Part shown: piece after piece, positions 19,234-29,560 of the stretch
How the letters are laid out: every line of letters starts with the position of its first letter
Position numbering within the stretch: position 1 is the stretch's first letter
From: Gemmatimonadales bacterium
GTDB taxonomy: Bacteria > Gemmatimonadota > Gemmatimonadetes > Gemmatimonadales > GWC2-71-9
Assembly (NCBI GenBank): GCA_036559785.1
Contig: DATBSM010000029.1
Span: forward strand, 1-51,683
Length of the DNA: 51,683 nt
Direction: 5' to 3'
Notes under the pieces: model-generated
The model's database searches: none
Seen by the model: the letters and a program-made list of their open reading frames with translations, nothing else
Told to the model about the DNA's origin: nothing
Translations under genes and position numbers: made by a program

Positions 19234-19239
19234 GAAGGG

Positions 19240-21330
19240 CTATTCCCTGGGCAGGAGCGCCTTCCGGGAGAGCTTCATCCGGCCACGATCGTCCACTTCG
19301 AGCAGCTTGACCTGGACGATGTCGCCCTTCTTGACCACGTCTTCGGTCTTTTCGGTTCGGCCATGCTGCAGCTCACTGATGTGGAGCAGCCCTTCGACGC
19401 CGGGCATGATCTCTACGAAAGCGCCGAAGGCGGTGGTGCTCTTGACCGGCCCTTCGTAGGTCCGGCCCACTTCGGGCTCGGTGGTGATGGCGGCGACCAT
19501 GGCTCGCGCCTTCTCGCCGGCCTCTCCCCCGACCGCGGAGATCGTCACGACGCCGGTATCCTCGATGCTGATCTTGGCGCCGGTGGCGTCCTGGATGCCC
19601 CGGATGGTCTTGCCCTTCGGCCCGATGACGTCGCCGATCTTGTCCGGCTTGATCTGCATCGTGAAGATGCGGGGCGCGTACGGCGACAGCTCGGTGCGAG
19701 GCGCCGGCAACGCCTTGGCCATTTCCTTGAGGATGTGCAGCCGGCCCTTCCGGGCTCGTTCCAGCGCCTGCTCCATGATCTTGAGCTCGAGGCCCATGAT
19801 CTTGATGTCCATCTGGATCGAGGTGATGCCCTTCTCGGTCCCAGCCACCTTGAAGTCCATGTCGCCGAGGTGGTCCTCAGAGCCGAGAATGTCGGTGAGG
19901 ATCGCCACCTTGTCGCCTTCCTTGATCAGGCCCATGGCGACACCGGCGCAGGCGGCCTTCATCGGTACGCCCGCATCCATCAGGGCGAGCGAGCCGCCGC
20001 AGACCGTGGCCATCGAGGACGAGCCGTTGGACTCCAAAATCTCGGAGACGATGCGCAGCGTGTAGGGGAACTCCTCGTAATGTGGCAGGAGCGGCTGCAG
20101 CGCCCGCTCGGCCAGGGCACCGTGGCCGATCTCCCGGCGGCTGGTGCCACGCATCATCTTGACCTCGCCGGTGGCATATGGCGGGAAGTTGTAATGCAGC
20201 ATGAACGATTTGGTCGTCTCCCCCGCCACGTCGATGCTGTCGATCCGCTGCTCATCATCTGCGGTCCCGAGGGTGGCCGAAACCAGCGCTTGGGTCTGGC
20301 CGCGGGTAAACAGCGCCGACCCATGGGTGCGGGGCAGTACCCCGGTCTCGATCGAGATTGGCCGGATGGTATCGAGATCGCGCCCATCGACCCGCTCGGA
20401 GCGCTCCAAGACCTGCTTTCGCATGACCCGGTACTCGATTTCCTCCAACTCCTCGTTGATATCGCGTCCCCGGTCGGCGTGTTCCAGCAGTAAGCTCTGA
20501 AGAATCTGCTCCTTGAGCGCCTTTACGCTGGACGAGCGACCCGCCTTGTCCTTGGCGTTGATCGCCTGGGCCATGGCCCCCTCGGCCAGTTGACGCACCT
20601 TGGCAAGCAGCGCGGCATCTGGGGCGGCCTTGGTCCACTTGATCTTCTGCACCGCTCCAGCCTTGTCGATCAGCTGCTTCTGCAGCCCGAGCAGCTCGCG
20701 AATGCCCTTCTGGGCCACCTTCAGCGCCTCGATGATCTCGGCTTCGGAGATCTCGAGCGAGCCGCCCTCGACCATGACGATCGAGTCTGCCGATCCACTA
20801 ACCACCAGATCCACGCTGGAGAACTCGAGCTGCTGGAATGTCGGGTTCAGAATCCAGTTCCCTTCCATCCGGCCGACGCGCACCGCCGCCAGCGGGCCAC
20901 TCCACGGCACCGTCGACAGCCCCAGCGCGGTGGCAGCAGCGGTCACGCCGAGCACGTCGGCGTCGTTCTCCTGGTCCGCCGACAGCACGGTGACGAATAC
21001 CTGGACTTCGTTCTTGAACCCCTCCGGAAAGAGCGGCCGGATCGACCGGTCAATCAACCGGCTGGCCAGGATCTCCTTGTCCGATGGGCGTCCCTCGCGC
21101 TTCAGAAACCCCCCGGGAATCTTCCCGGCGGCGTAGGTCTTCTCGCGATATTCGACGGTGAGGGGAAAGAACGGCAGGGTGGAAACGTTCTGGGAGACGG
21201 TCACGGCGGCGAGTACTACGGAGTCGCCAAAGCGAACGACGACGGAGCCGGCGGCTTGCCTGGCCATGCGGCCGGTCTCGAGGACCAGCGGACGTCCGGC
21301 AAACTCGGTTTCAATCTTCTGTGCGGTCAC
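19240..21330 (-). CDS. pnp: polyribonucleotide nucleotidyltransferase (PNPase)
   Basis: Two RNase PH domains, KH (IGDVIGPKGKTIRGIQ) and S1 (GRTYEGPVKSTTAFGAFVEI). GTG at 21330, preceded by GAGAGAGAG. The ORF-track TTG at 21369 abuts the leader hairpin. Confidence 0.97.
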   Translation of the reverse strand: MTAQKIETEFAGRPLVLETGRMARQAAGSVVVRFGDSVVLAAVTVSQNVSTLPFFPLTVEYREKTYAAGKIPGGFLKREGRPSDKEILASRLIDRSIRPLFPEGFKNEVQVFVTVLSADQENDADVLGVTAAATALGLSTVPWSGPLAAVRVGRMEGNWILNPTFQQLEFSSVDLVVSGSADSIVMVEGGSLEISEAEIIEALKVAQKGIRELLGLQKQLIDKAGAVQKIKWTKAAPDAALLAKVRQLAEGAMAQAINAKDKAGRSSSVKALKEQILQSLLLEHADRGRDINEELEEIEYRVMRKQVLERSERVDGRDLDTIRPISIETGVLPRTHGSALFTRGQTQALVSATLGTADDEQRIDSIDVAGETTKSFMLHYNFPPYATGEVKMMRGTSRREIGHGALAERALQPLLPHYEEFPYTLRIVSEILESNGSSSMATVCGGSLALMDAGVPMKAACAGVAMGLIKEGDKVAILTDILGSEDHLGDMDFKVAGTEKGITSIQMDIKIMGLELKIMEQALERARKGRLHILKEMAKALPAPRTELSPYAPRIFTMQIKPDKIGDVIGPKGKTIRGIQDATGAKISIEDTGVVTISAVGGEAGEKARAMVAAITTEPEVGRTYEGPVKSTTAFGAFVEIMPGVEGLLHISELQHGRTEKTEDVVKKGDIVQVKLLEVDDRGRMKLSRKALLPRE

Positions 21331-21369
21331 TGCTTGCTCTCTCTCTGTGGGATGGCGTCTTTGCCGCAA

Positions 21370-21448
21370 GTCTAGGGTCTAGAGTCGAGGATCAAGGTCT
21401 CGTGGAGAGTCACCGTCAGTGGTAGACCCTCGACCCTAGACCCTTGAC
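21370..21448. repeat. Inverted repeat with heptamer-array arms (GTCTAGG GTCTAGA GTCGAGG ATCAAGG ... GGTAGAC CCTCGAC CCTAGAC CCTTGAC) in the rpsO-pnp spacer
   Basis: Left arm 21370-21397, right arm 21421-21448. The three outer unit pairs give 19/21 complementary positions. The element ends 40 nt upstream of the pnp GTG. Confidence 0.85.
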
Positions 21449-21453
21449 CCCGT

Positions 21454-21491
21454 AAAGCAGAAAGGGCGCCCCGAAAGTGGATCAGGACGCC
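21454..21491 (-). terminator. Candidate intrinsic terminator of rpsO
   Basis: On the minus RNA, GGCGUCC (21491-21485) pairs with GGGCGCC (21471-21465) for 7 bp including one G-U, with a 13-nt loop. It is followed directly by CUUUCUGCUUU (21464-21454) and starts 20 nt after the rpsO stop. Confidence 0.5.
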
Positions 21492-21510
21492 CCTGGTCGG
21501 CGCGCGGCGG

Positions 21511-21771
21511 TTAGTGCCGGAGTCCAAGCTGCTCGATGAGCGCTCGGTAAGTCGGCAGATCGCTTCGCTTGAGGTACGTGAGGAGACGACGGCGGGTCCC
21601 GACCATCTTCAGCAGCCCGCGGCGGCTGTGATGATCTTTGGAATGGGTGCGGAAATGGTCAGTCAGGGAGTTGATCCGCTCGGTGAGCAGCGCCACCTGT
21701 ACTTTGGTCGATCCCGTGTCGCTTGCGTGGGCCTGGTGCTTGGCCGTCACCGCCTGCTTGTCGAAGCTCAT
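21511..21771 (-). CDS. rpsO: 30S ribosomal protein S15
   Basis: 86 aa. [48 protein letters not shown]. The ORF-track extension to 21957 is spurious. Confidence 0.97.
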   Translation of the reverse strand: MSFDKQAVTAKHQAHASDTGSTKVQVALLTERINSLTDHFRTHSKDHHSRRGLLKMVGTRRRLLTYLKRSDLPTYRALIEQLGLRH

Positions 21772-21828
21772 GCCGCCTGGTGTCCTCTTTGAGTGCGCGT
21801 CGTAATTCGTTGTAGCACGGAAGTATAA

Positions 21829-21893
21829 GGGGGGTCTGGAGGGCGAGGCAAGGGTCGCTTCCCGCCGTTTCCGCCCCTCACGGTTACCCCCCC
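21829..21893 (-). terminator. Composite GC-rich hairpin spanning the rseP stop codon (possible operon terminator)
   Basis: The G6 run (21829-21834) is complementary to the C7 run (21887-21893). GGAGGGCG (21838-21845) pairs with CGCCCCTC (21872-21879) with a 1-nt bulge. On the minus RNA the 3' arm is followed by UUAUACUUCC. Confidence 0.35.
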
Positions 21894-23248
21894 AGCACCC
21901 GCCTGATGTCATTGGAGAAGGCCAGGCCCATGAGCAGGAGGATGAGCACCAGGCCAACCGTGGTGAGCCGCTCTCTGAGCTTCATGGGCAACGGCCGGCG
22001 GATCACCGCTTCGGCCAGCAGGAAGAGAAACTGCCCTCCATCCAGGACCGGAATCGGCAGCAGGTTCAGGACGGCCAGGTTGATCGAGATCAGGGCCATG
22101 AAGCCGAGGAAGGTGTCGAGGCCCCGGCGGGCGCTCTGGCCGGCCAGCTGCCCGATCAGAATGGGTCCCCCGACCGTGCGTCCGGAGATCCGTCCGCTGA
22201 AGAGTCCGCGCACGGCACGAAAGATCTGGGTTGAGGCCTCTAATGTCGCCTGTCCGCCTTCGGCGATCGCCTCGCCCAGAGTGAACTTCTGCCGTATGGC
22301 GTCGTCCCGGACCCCGGCTCCAATCCGGCCTACCACGCGGATCTTGCCATCGGCGGTAGGGATGGAGTCGACGTAGGGTTGGAGCGTAAAGGTCCGCTGT
22401 TCCCCACCTCGTGCCGCGGTAATCGTCACGGTTCGCCCCGCGCTCGCCTGCACAGTATCGAGCAGCTCGTACCACTCACGGATGGGTGTCCCGTTCACTT
22501 CCAGAATGATGTCCCCACTCCGCAGTCCGGCTCGCGCTGCGGGCTTATCGGCTACGAGGGAATCGATGATGGGCTTCCGGTGAGGCTGCAGCGCCTGGGC
22601 CGCCTTCGCCCGCTCCTCGAGCGCGTCGGGATGTATCGGAACCACGACGGTTGACCCACCGGCGAGGTCGATTCGGACTTCCGGGTCCGGCGTGTTGATG
22701 ATGGAAGAAACGACTTCGTCCCACGACTTGACCGAGTCGCCATTGATGCGGACGATCTGGGATCCAGGTTTGATCTCTTTCAGCGCCTCGGCGCCGGGCG
22801 GAACCAGCTCTTCCACGACCTTGCCGACGGTCGTCACCGGGTCGATCTCACGCCCATTCTTGTAGGCGAGAAAGGTGAAGACTGCCCAGGCGAAGAGGGC
22901 ATTCATCGTCACGCCCGCGAGGATCACCAGCATCCGCACCCAGACCGGTTTGGCCTCGAACATCCGGTCGGGAGGGACCTGCACCGGCGGAGCGCCCCCT
23001 TCGAGCGCGCTGCTGCCGATGTCCTCCTCCTTGCTGGCCATCTTGACGTACCCGCCGAGCGGCAGCCACGAGACGGTGTATTCGGTCTCGCCCCGCCGGA
23101 AGGTGAGCCAGGGGATCGGCGGACCGAGGCCGAGCGAGAAGCGGTGGACGTAGATCCCGGCCCACTTGGCCGCGAGAAAGTGTCCCGCCTCATGCACGAA
23201 GATGAGCACGCCCAGTACGACGATCAGGGCCAATACCGTCAACAACAC
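21884..23248 (-). CDS. rseP: RIP site-2 metalloprotease RseP (M50) with PDZ domains
   Basis: [14 protein letters not shown] (HExxH), two PDZ-like segments, and [11 protein letters not shown] near the C-terminus. GTG start overlapping the dxr stop by 1 nt. Confidence 0.93.
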   Translation of the reverse strand: MLLTVLALIVVLGVLIFVHEAGHFLAAKWAGIYVHRFSLGLGPPIPWLTFRRGETEYTVSWLPLGGYVKMASKEEDIGSSALEGGAPPVQVPPDRMFEAKPVWVRMLVILAGVTMNALFAWAVFTFLAYKNGREIDPVTTVGKVVEELVPPGAEALKEIKPGSQIVRINGDSVKSWDEVVSSIINTPDPEVRIDLAGGSTVVVPIHPDALEERAKAAQALQPHRKPIIDSLVADKPAARAGLRSGDIILEVNGTPIREWYELLDTVQASAGRTVTITAARGGEQRTFTLQPYVDSIPTADGKIRVVGRIGAGVRDDAIRQKFTLGEAIAEGGQATLEASTQIFRAVRGLFSGRISGRTVGGPILIGQLAGQSARRGLDTFLGFMALISINLAVLNLLPIPVLDGGQFLFLLAEAVIRRPLPMKLRERLTTVGLVLILLLMGLAFSNDIRRVLGG

Positions 23249-24450
23249 TATGACCTCACACTCTGCTGTGCCGCTTCACGGGCCCAGCGATCGGCCGCGC
23301 GCACCGCTTCCACGGAGCTGGCGGGAACGGGCGTGTGCGCGTCGAGCGCGCGCTCGATCGTTTCGCTGATACGCCCGAAAGGAATGGCACCCTGGAGAAA
23401 CGCGGCGACCGCCACCTCGTTCGCCGCGTTGAACACGGCGGGTGCGGTCCCACCGGCGCGTCCGGCGGCCACGCCGGAGGCGAGGGCAGGAAAGACTTCG
23501 GTCCGAACCGGCTCGAAGGTTAGCGGACCGGCACCGACCGGATCGAAGCGGCGGACACCCGAATCGGCGAGCCGCTCCGGATGAGTCAGGGCGTACAGAA
23601 TGGGCAGCTCCATGGAGGGAAACCCCAGCTGTGCCAGCACACTGCCATCATGAAATTCAGCAAAGGCGTGCACGATGCTCTGGGGGTGAACCACCACCTC
23701 GAGCGCGTCGTACGGCAACCCGAACAGGTGGTGCGCCTCGATCAGTTCCAGGGCCTTGTTGGCGAGGGTCGCGCAATCGACGGTAATCTTGTGACCCATT
23801 CGCCAGGTCGGATGCTGGAGCGCCTCCGCCACCGTGGCGTTCCGGACCCGTTCGGCTCCCCATTCCCGGAACGGGCCGCCTGATGCCGTCAGGATAAGGC
23901 GAGCGAGCCCGCCGTCCCGCCCGGTGACACACTGGAGTATGGCGCTGTGCTCGGAGTCGATCGGGACGATTTCTCCGCCGCCGGCGCAGGCTGCCTGGGC
24001 CACGAGGGCGCCCGCCATGACCAGGGTCTCCTTGTTGGCCAGGGCGACGCGCTTTCCGGCCCGAAGCGCCGCGAGGGTGGCATCGAGCCCGGCCGCACCC
24101 ACCACCGCATTGACCACGATGTCGGCCTCGGGATGGGTAGCGGCCTCCACCAGGACCTCAGGACCACTGGGCCACCGCAGATCCCCCGCCGAGTCAGCCA
24201 GCCCGGCGTAAGTCGGCTGCCATTCCGCCACCTGAGCGGCGAACTCGTCCCGATTCCGCCCCGCGGTCAGGGCCACCAGCTTGAAATGCTCCTGGTGTCG
24301 GCGGAGCACGTCCAGCGTGCTGCGACCGATCGAGCCGGTGGAGCCCAACACGACCACGCCTCGCCGCCCCTTCCTCGCCTGGACAGGGGCCTGGTTGATC
24401 GGCTCGGCGCGGGGTGGCTTCCCCCGTGGCTGGGTGGACGGGGAGCCCAT
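23248..24450 (-). CDS. dxr: 1-deoxy-D-xylulose 5-phosphate reductoisomerase
   Basis: VVVLGSTGSIGRSTLDV, ALANKETLV, IDSEHSAI, HPTWRMGHKITVDCATLANK. The ATG overlaps the cdsA stop by 1 nt (TGATG). Confidence 0.96.
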   Translation of the reverse strand: MGSPSTQPRGKPPRAEPINQAPVQARKGRRGVVVLGSTGSIGRSTLDVLRRHQEHFKLVALTAGRNRDEFAAQVAEWQPTYAGLADSAGDLRWPSGPEVLVEAATHPEADIVVNAVVGAAGLDATLAALRAGKRVALANKETLVMAGALVAQAACAGGGEIVPIDSEHSAILQCVTGRDGGLARLILTASGGPFREWGAERVRNATVAEALQHPTWRMGHKITVDCATLANKALELIEAHHLFGLPYDALEVVVHPQSIVHAFAEFHDGSVLAQLGFPSMELPILYALTHPERLADSGVRRFDPVGAGPLTFEPVRTEVFPALASGVAAGRAGGTAPAVFNAANEVAVAAFLQGAIPFGRISETIERALDAHTPVPASSVEAVRAADRWAREAAQQSVRS

Positions 24451-25315
24451 CAGATCACGCCGAACAGCCGATAGATGGCGGCCGCCGTGGGAATGACGAA
24501 GTACAGGGAGTCAAACCGATCGAGCACTCCGCCATGCCCAGGAATCAGGTGACTGGAGTCTTTCACCCCCGCCTCACGCTTGAAAAGGGATTCGGCAAGG
24601 TCGCCAATCTGTCCCACGACCGACAGCGCCCCGGCCAGGACCAGCAGCTGCCAGAGTGGGACTTCGAGTCCGACTCGGGGAAACACCAGGCTGCCGAAGA
24701 TCGGAGCCACGAGGAGGCCGCCAACTACACCCGAAGCCGCGCCGGAGCGGGTCTTCCCGGGACTGATCGTGGGCGCGAGCTTCGGGCCGCCCAGGGCTCT
24801 CCCGCCGAACATCGCGGCGGTGTCGCAGACCCAGGTGACCACCAGGGGAAAGAACACCAGCCAGGCGCCGGCCCAGGAGCGCTCCGGATGCGAGAGGTGC
24901 CTGATCCCAATCAGGAAAGCCGGGAGAACGCCGGTGTATACCACCGCGAGCAGGGTGACGCTCACGGCCTCCATCGGCTTCTCGGCGGGCGACCTGGCGG
25001 CCAGGGCCCAGGTAAGGAGCCCTATGACCCAGAGAGCCACAAGGTATGGCCAGCTTGCCAGCACCAGCTCGCGAACATCGGGGGCCACCAGTGCGGCATA
25101 GGTCACCGGCGCGATGGTCGCGGTGCTGACGAAACCCCACGCCCGAGCCGGAACCACTCCCTGCCGGGTGGCGAGATCGAACAGCTCGCGCGCACCCAAG
25201 GCACCGGTGAGTGCCATCAGGAAGGCGAGCGGCAGCCCGCCATACCAGATGACCGCCAGCGCTAGCGGAATCGCGACGACGGCGAATCCTACCCGCCGGG
25301 CCAGATTGGAATCCA

Positions 25316-25316
<1 letters not shown>
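24450..25316 (-). CDS. cdsA: phosphatidate cytidylyltransferase
   Basis: 288-aa polytopic protein with the CTP-transferase signature SLFKREAGVKDSSHLIPGHGGVLDRFDS. The ATG at 25316 overlaps the uppS stop. The ORF-track start at 25508 lies inside uppS. Confidence 0.9.
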
Positions 25317-26056
<740 letters not shown>

Positions 26057-26060
26057 CCGG

Positions 26061-26615
26061 TCAGACTTCCAGGATCTCCGCCTCTTTCGAGTGAATGAGT
26101 CCCTCGATCTGCTTGATATGCTCGTCGGTGTGCTTCTGAACTTCCTTCTCGGCCCGGGCCTTGTCGTCCTCCGAGATCTTCTCGAGCTTCTTGACCTTGG
26201 AAAGGGTCTCGGTGCGGGCGTGGCGGACGGCGATGCGCCCCTCTTCCCCCAGCTTGTGGACCACCTTGACCAGATCCTTGCGTCGCTCTTCTGAGAGCGC
26301 GGGCAGCGGCACCCGGATCAGGTTGCCCTGGGTGGCCGGGTTGAGCCCGAGGTCGGAGTCGCGGATGGCCTTCTCGATGACCTGAGTGAGGGACTTGTCG
26401 AATGGCTGCACGGTCAGGAGCCGGGGCTCGGGAGCCGCGACCATCGCGACCTGGTTCAGGGGTACGGTGCTGCCGTAGGCCTCGACTCGAACCAGATCGA
26501 GCAACGAGACGCTGGCCTTGCCGCTCCGGATGGAGGAGAACTCGCGCTTGGTGCTCTCCACCGCTTTGTGCATCAGTTCCCGGGCATGCTTGGTCAATTC
26601 GGGGATGGTGCTCAT
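26061..26615 (-). CDS. frr: ribosome recycling factor
   Basis: 184 aa. [52 protein letters not shown] overlap with the pyrH stop. Confidence 0.97.
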   Translation of the reverse strand: MSTIPELTKHARELMHKAVESTKREFSSIRSGKASVSLLDLVRVEAYGSTVPLNQVAMVAAPEPRLLTVQPFDKSLTQVIEKAIRDSDLGLNPATQGNLIRVPLPALSEERRKDLVKVVHKLGEEGRIAVRHARTETLSKVKKLEKISEDDKARAEKEVQKHTDEHIKQIEGLIHSKEAEILEV

Positions 26616-27322
26616 CGGACGATGGTCCCTACCCGCTCACCCCGCAGCACGCGCGTGATGGCGCCGGGCTGGTTGATGTTGAAGACGATGATCGGAAGAT
26701 GGTTGGCCTTGCACAATCCGAATGCGTTGGCATCCATGACGGCGTAATTCTTCACGATGGCTTCCTGGAAGGTGAGCTCGGGAATAAACGTGGCGGTGGG
26801 ATCGGTCCGCGGATCGCCGGTGTACACTCCGTCCACGTTCGTCGCCTTCAGAATCACCTGGGCATCCACCTCCAGGGCTCGCAGCACGCCGGCGGTGTCG
26901 GTGGAGAAGAACGGATTCCCGGTGCCGGCGGCGAAGATGATCAGCCGGCCTTTCTCCAGGTGGCGGATCGCTCGGCGGCGAATGTAGGGCTCCGCTACCG
27001 ACTCCATACGGATGGCCGTCATGACCCGGGTGTCCACCCCGATCTTCTCCAGCACGTCCTGCAGCGCCAGGGCATTGATAACGGTGCCCAGCATGCCCAT
27101 GTAGTCCGCCGAAACGCGGTCCAGCCCTTCACGGCTCGCCGAGGTGCCGCGGATGATATTGCCGCCGCCCACCACCAGCGCCAGGTGCACGCCCAACGCA
27201 TGCACCGCCTTGATTTCTTCGGCGAAAGCCTCGACTACCTGGTAGTCGAGGCCAAAGCCTTTATCGCCGGCCAGCGCCTCACCCGAGATCTTGAGCAGGG
27301 CACGGGTGTAGGCGAGAGCCAT
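26612..27322 (-). CDS. pyrH: UMP kinase
   Basis: 236 aa. [37 protein letters not shown]. Confidence 0.97.
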   Translation of the reverse strand: MALAYTRALLKISGEALAGDKGFGLDYQVVEAFAEEIKAVHALGVHLALVVGGGNIIRGTSASREGLDRVSADYMGMLGTVINALALQDVLEKIGVDTRVMTAIRMESVAEPYIRRRAIRHLEKGRLIIFAAGTGNPFFSTDTAGVLRALEVDAQVILKATNVDGVYTGDPRTDPTATFIPELTFQEAIVKNYAVMDANAFGLCKANHLPIIVFNINQPGAITRVLRGERVGTIVR

Positions 27323-27927
27323 CAGGCTTCCCCGATTTTATACCGGGCAAAGCGCCGGACCGAGATCGCCTCGCCCAGCTTGGCTGATGCTTCCTTCAGC
27401 AGCTGGCCGACCGTCTTGGAGTCGTCCTTCACGAACGGCTGCTCCGTCAGGGTGCGCTCGGCCACGAACTTCTTGAGCTTGCCGTCCACGATCTTGCCGC
27501 GGATGTTCTCCGGCTTGCCCTCTTTGGCCACCTGCTCCTCGGCGATCCGGCGCTCGCGGTCGAGCAAGTCGGCCGGGATATCATCCGGGTTCACGCCGAT
27601 CGGATCGGCGGAGGCGATGTGCAGGGCGATCTCTCGCGCCAGCTGGCCGAACTCGTCGGTTCGAGCCACGAAGTCGGTCTCGCAATTGAGCTCCAGCAGG
27701 ACGCCCACCTGGCTGTTGTGATGGATGTAGCTCACCACCAGTCCCTCGGAGGCGTTCCGCCCGGCGCGCTTCTCGGCCTTGGCCATGCCCTTCAGCCGCA
27801 GGATCTCCGACGCCTTGGCCAGGTCGCCGCCGGATTCCTCCAGCGCGCGCTTGCAGTCCATCATGCCGGCGCCGGTGCGGGTCCGGAGCTCGCTTACGTC
27901 TTTGGGGGAAATCGTCGTGCTTGCCAT
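27322..27927 (-). CDS. tsf: translation elongation factor Ts (short form, about 200 aa)
   Basis: [37 protein letters not shown] (UBA-like N-domain), [24 protein letters not shown]. The ATG at 27927 is preceded by GGAG. Confidence 0.93.
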   Translation of the reverse strand: MASTTISPKDVSELRTRTGAGMMDCKRALEESGGDLAKASEILRLKGMAKAEKRAGRNASEGLVVSYIHHNSQVGVLLELNCETDFVARTDEFGQLAREIALHIASADPIGVNPDDIPADLLDRERRIAEEQVAKEGKPENIRGKIVDGKLKKFVAERTLTEQPFVKDDSKTVGQLLKEASAKLGEAISVRRFARYKIGEA

Positions 27928-27966
27928 AGTCTCCAACCGGGTCGTCTTCAGGGGTGAATAGTAAAG

Positions 27967-28002
27967 CCGCCGCTCACGGCCTGCACGGCCCGAGAGCGGC
28001 GG
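27967..28002 (-). terminator. Hairpin in the rpsB-tsf spacer (attenuator/terminator-like)
   Basis: CCGCCGCTC (27967-27975) and GAGCGGCGG (27994-28002) are exact complements, with an inner GGCC/GGCC pairing. On the minus RNA it is followed by CUUUACUAUU. An rpsB-tsf intergenic attenuator has been reported in E. coli. Confidence 0.4.
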
Positions 28003-28026
28003 AAAATGCCACGGGTCCGGATGGTC

Positions 28027-28926
28027 CTATGCGCCCGCGTCGGTCACCGCCTCGGGGACTGGAGCCTCCGGGGCCCCCTCGGCATCGGCGTCCGTCTTGA
28101 GCCGGGCCGCAATGGCCTCGGGCTTCGGCCGCCGCTTGCGGCGGGGGCGCCGGCGCTTGCGATCGGCATCGGCATCGCCCTCGCTCCCCGCGTCGGTGCT
28201 GTAGGTCTCGGCCTCGAGATCCTCGGTGACCTCGCGCATGGGCATCTGGGACCGGGCTTCCTTGATCACGTCGGACAGCGCGGCCGTGATGAGCGAGACG
28301 GAGCGGATCGCGTCGTCGTTGCCGGGGACCGGCACCGTGATCACGTCCGGATCGGCGTTGGTGTCCACAATGGCCACCACCGGAATGCCAAGCTTGTTGG
28401 CCTCGGCCACGGCGATCTTTTCCTTCTTGGCATCGACCACGAACAGGGCGCCGGGAACTCGACCCATTCCCTTGATGCCCTCCAGATTGCGGCTCAGCTT
28501 CACCCGCTCGCGCTCGAAGAGAAGCTTTTCCTTCTTCGTGTAATTCTCGAAATCGCCCTCGGCCGCTCCCTGCTCCAGCTCCCGCAGCCGCCGAATCTGC
28601 TTCTTCAGCGTCTGGAAGTTGGTGAGCATGCCGCCCAGCCAGCGCTCGGTGACGTAGAACGACCCCGAGGACTCGGCCTCCGCCTGGACGATGGCCTTGA
28701 GCTGCTTCTTGGTGCAGACGAAGAGCACTCCCTCGCCCTTGAGCACCACGCTCTTCAGCAGCTCCTGCGCCTTGCCGATCTGGCGGAGGGTCTTCTGGAG
28801 ATCGATGATGTAGATGCCGGATCGTTCGGCGAAGATGAAGCGTCGCATCTTCGGATTCCACCGGCGGGTCTGGTGACCGAAATGGACGCCTGCTTCGAGC
28901 AGGTCCTGCAGTTGAGGCTGTGCCAT
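28027..28926 (-). CDS. rpsB: 30S ribosomal protein S2 with a long charged C-terminal extension
   Basis: LLEAGVHFGHQTRRWNPKMRRFIF, GGMLTNF, IPVVAIVDTNADPD. About 68 extra C-terminal residues include RKRRRPRRKRRPKP. Confidence 0.97.
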   Translation of the reverse strand: MAQPQLQDLLEAGVHFGHQTRRWNPKMRRFIFAERSGIYIIDLQKTLRQIGKAQELLKSVVLKGEGVLFVCTKKQLKAIVQAEAESSGSFYVTERWLGGMLTNFQTLKKQIRRLRELEQGAAEGDFENYTKKEKLLFERERVKLSRNLEGIKGMGRVPGALFVVDAKKEKIAVAEANKLGIPVVAIVDTNADPDVITVPVPGNDDAIRSVSLITAALSDVIKEARSQMPMREVTEDLEAETYSTDAGSEGDADADRKRRRPRRKRRPKPEAIAARLKTDADAEGAPEAPVPEAVTDAGA

Positions 28927-29052
28927 GCGCTAGTTGATGTCCCGTCCGATTTGGGGTTGTGCGTCCACCGCCTTCATCTCCACGCTGCGATCCATTCCCT
29001 CGCGGTGCTCGGGGTCAGGACACCCACAGCAGGATCCGGCGATGTGCGAAGT

Positions 29053-29150
29053 CAGCGGGGCCGCAGGCAGCAGGGCAGTTTGTTCCGGCGGCTGGACACC
29101 ATCAGGTGTGCTTTGACCGCCCCGCTGCCCCGCTGCTACCTGCCCCGCCG
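29053..29150. repeat. Inverted repeat with roughly 8-mer-array arms (CAGCGGGG CCGCAGG CAGCAGGG CAG ... CCGCCCCG CTGCCCCG CTGCTACC TGCCCCG) in the rpsI-rpsB spacer
   Basis: The left arm (29053-29078) aligns colinearly with the reverse complement of 29122-29150 at about 22 paired positions with two small bulges. CAGCGGGGC also has two exact 9-nt complements (29119-29127 and 29127-29135). The element begins 6 nt after the rpsI stop. Confidence 0.8.
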
Positions 29151-29155
29151 TGAAA

Positions 29156-29560
29156 CTACCGCTTGCTGAACTGGAACCGCTTCCGTGCACCCGGCCGGCC
29201 CGGCTTCTTCCGCTCGACCGCACGGGGATCACGAGTCATGAGACCCGCCGCCCGCAGCTTCAGCCGGTGCTGGGGATCGGCCTCGACCAAAGCCCTGGCG
29301 ATGGCGTGCCGCATGGCTCCGGCCTGGCCCGCCTGACCGCCACCCGCCACGTGCGCCTTCACATCGAACGCGCCCAGTGTGTCGGTGGCGGTAAACGACT
29401 GCTGAATGTGCTGCACCAGGGAGGGTCTTGGGAAATAGTCACCGAGAGTCCGCCCGTTGATGTCCCACTTGCCGGTGCCGGGGGTCAGATATACCCGGGC
29501 GACGCTCGTCTTGCGCCGGCCCACCGCCTGCCACCGGAACTGAGGTACTACTGCGGTCAT
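29156..29560 (-). CDS. rpsI: 30S ribosomal protein S9
   Basis: 134 aa. GRRKTSVARVYL, GGGQAGQAGAMRHAIARAL, RDPRAVERKKPGRPGARKRFQFSKR. Confidence 0.97.
   Translation of the reverse strand: MTAVVPQFRWQAVGRRKTSVARVYLTPGTGKWDINGRTLGDYFPRPSLVQHIQQSFTATDTLGAFDVKAHVAGGGQAGQAGAMRHAIARALVEADPQHRLKLRAAGLMTRDPRAVERKKPGRPGARKRFQFSKR

Noticed and set aside
28927-29155. The 229-nt rpsI-rpsB spacer as a possible structured ncRNA (SRP/4.5S-like, 6S, or an S2 leader)
   Set aside because: I could not find the SRP domain IV consensus (GGAAGCAGCC-type) or any other signature I know. Only the array hairpin is supported. An S2-binding leader cannot be excluded without covariance models.
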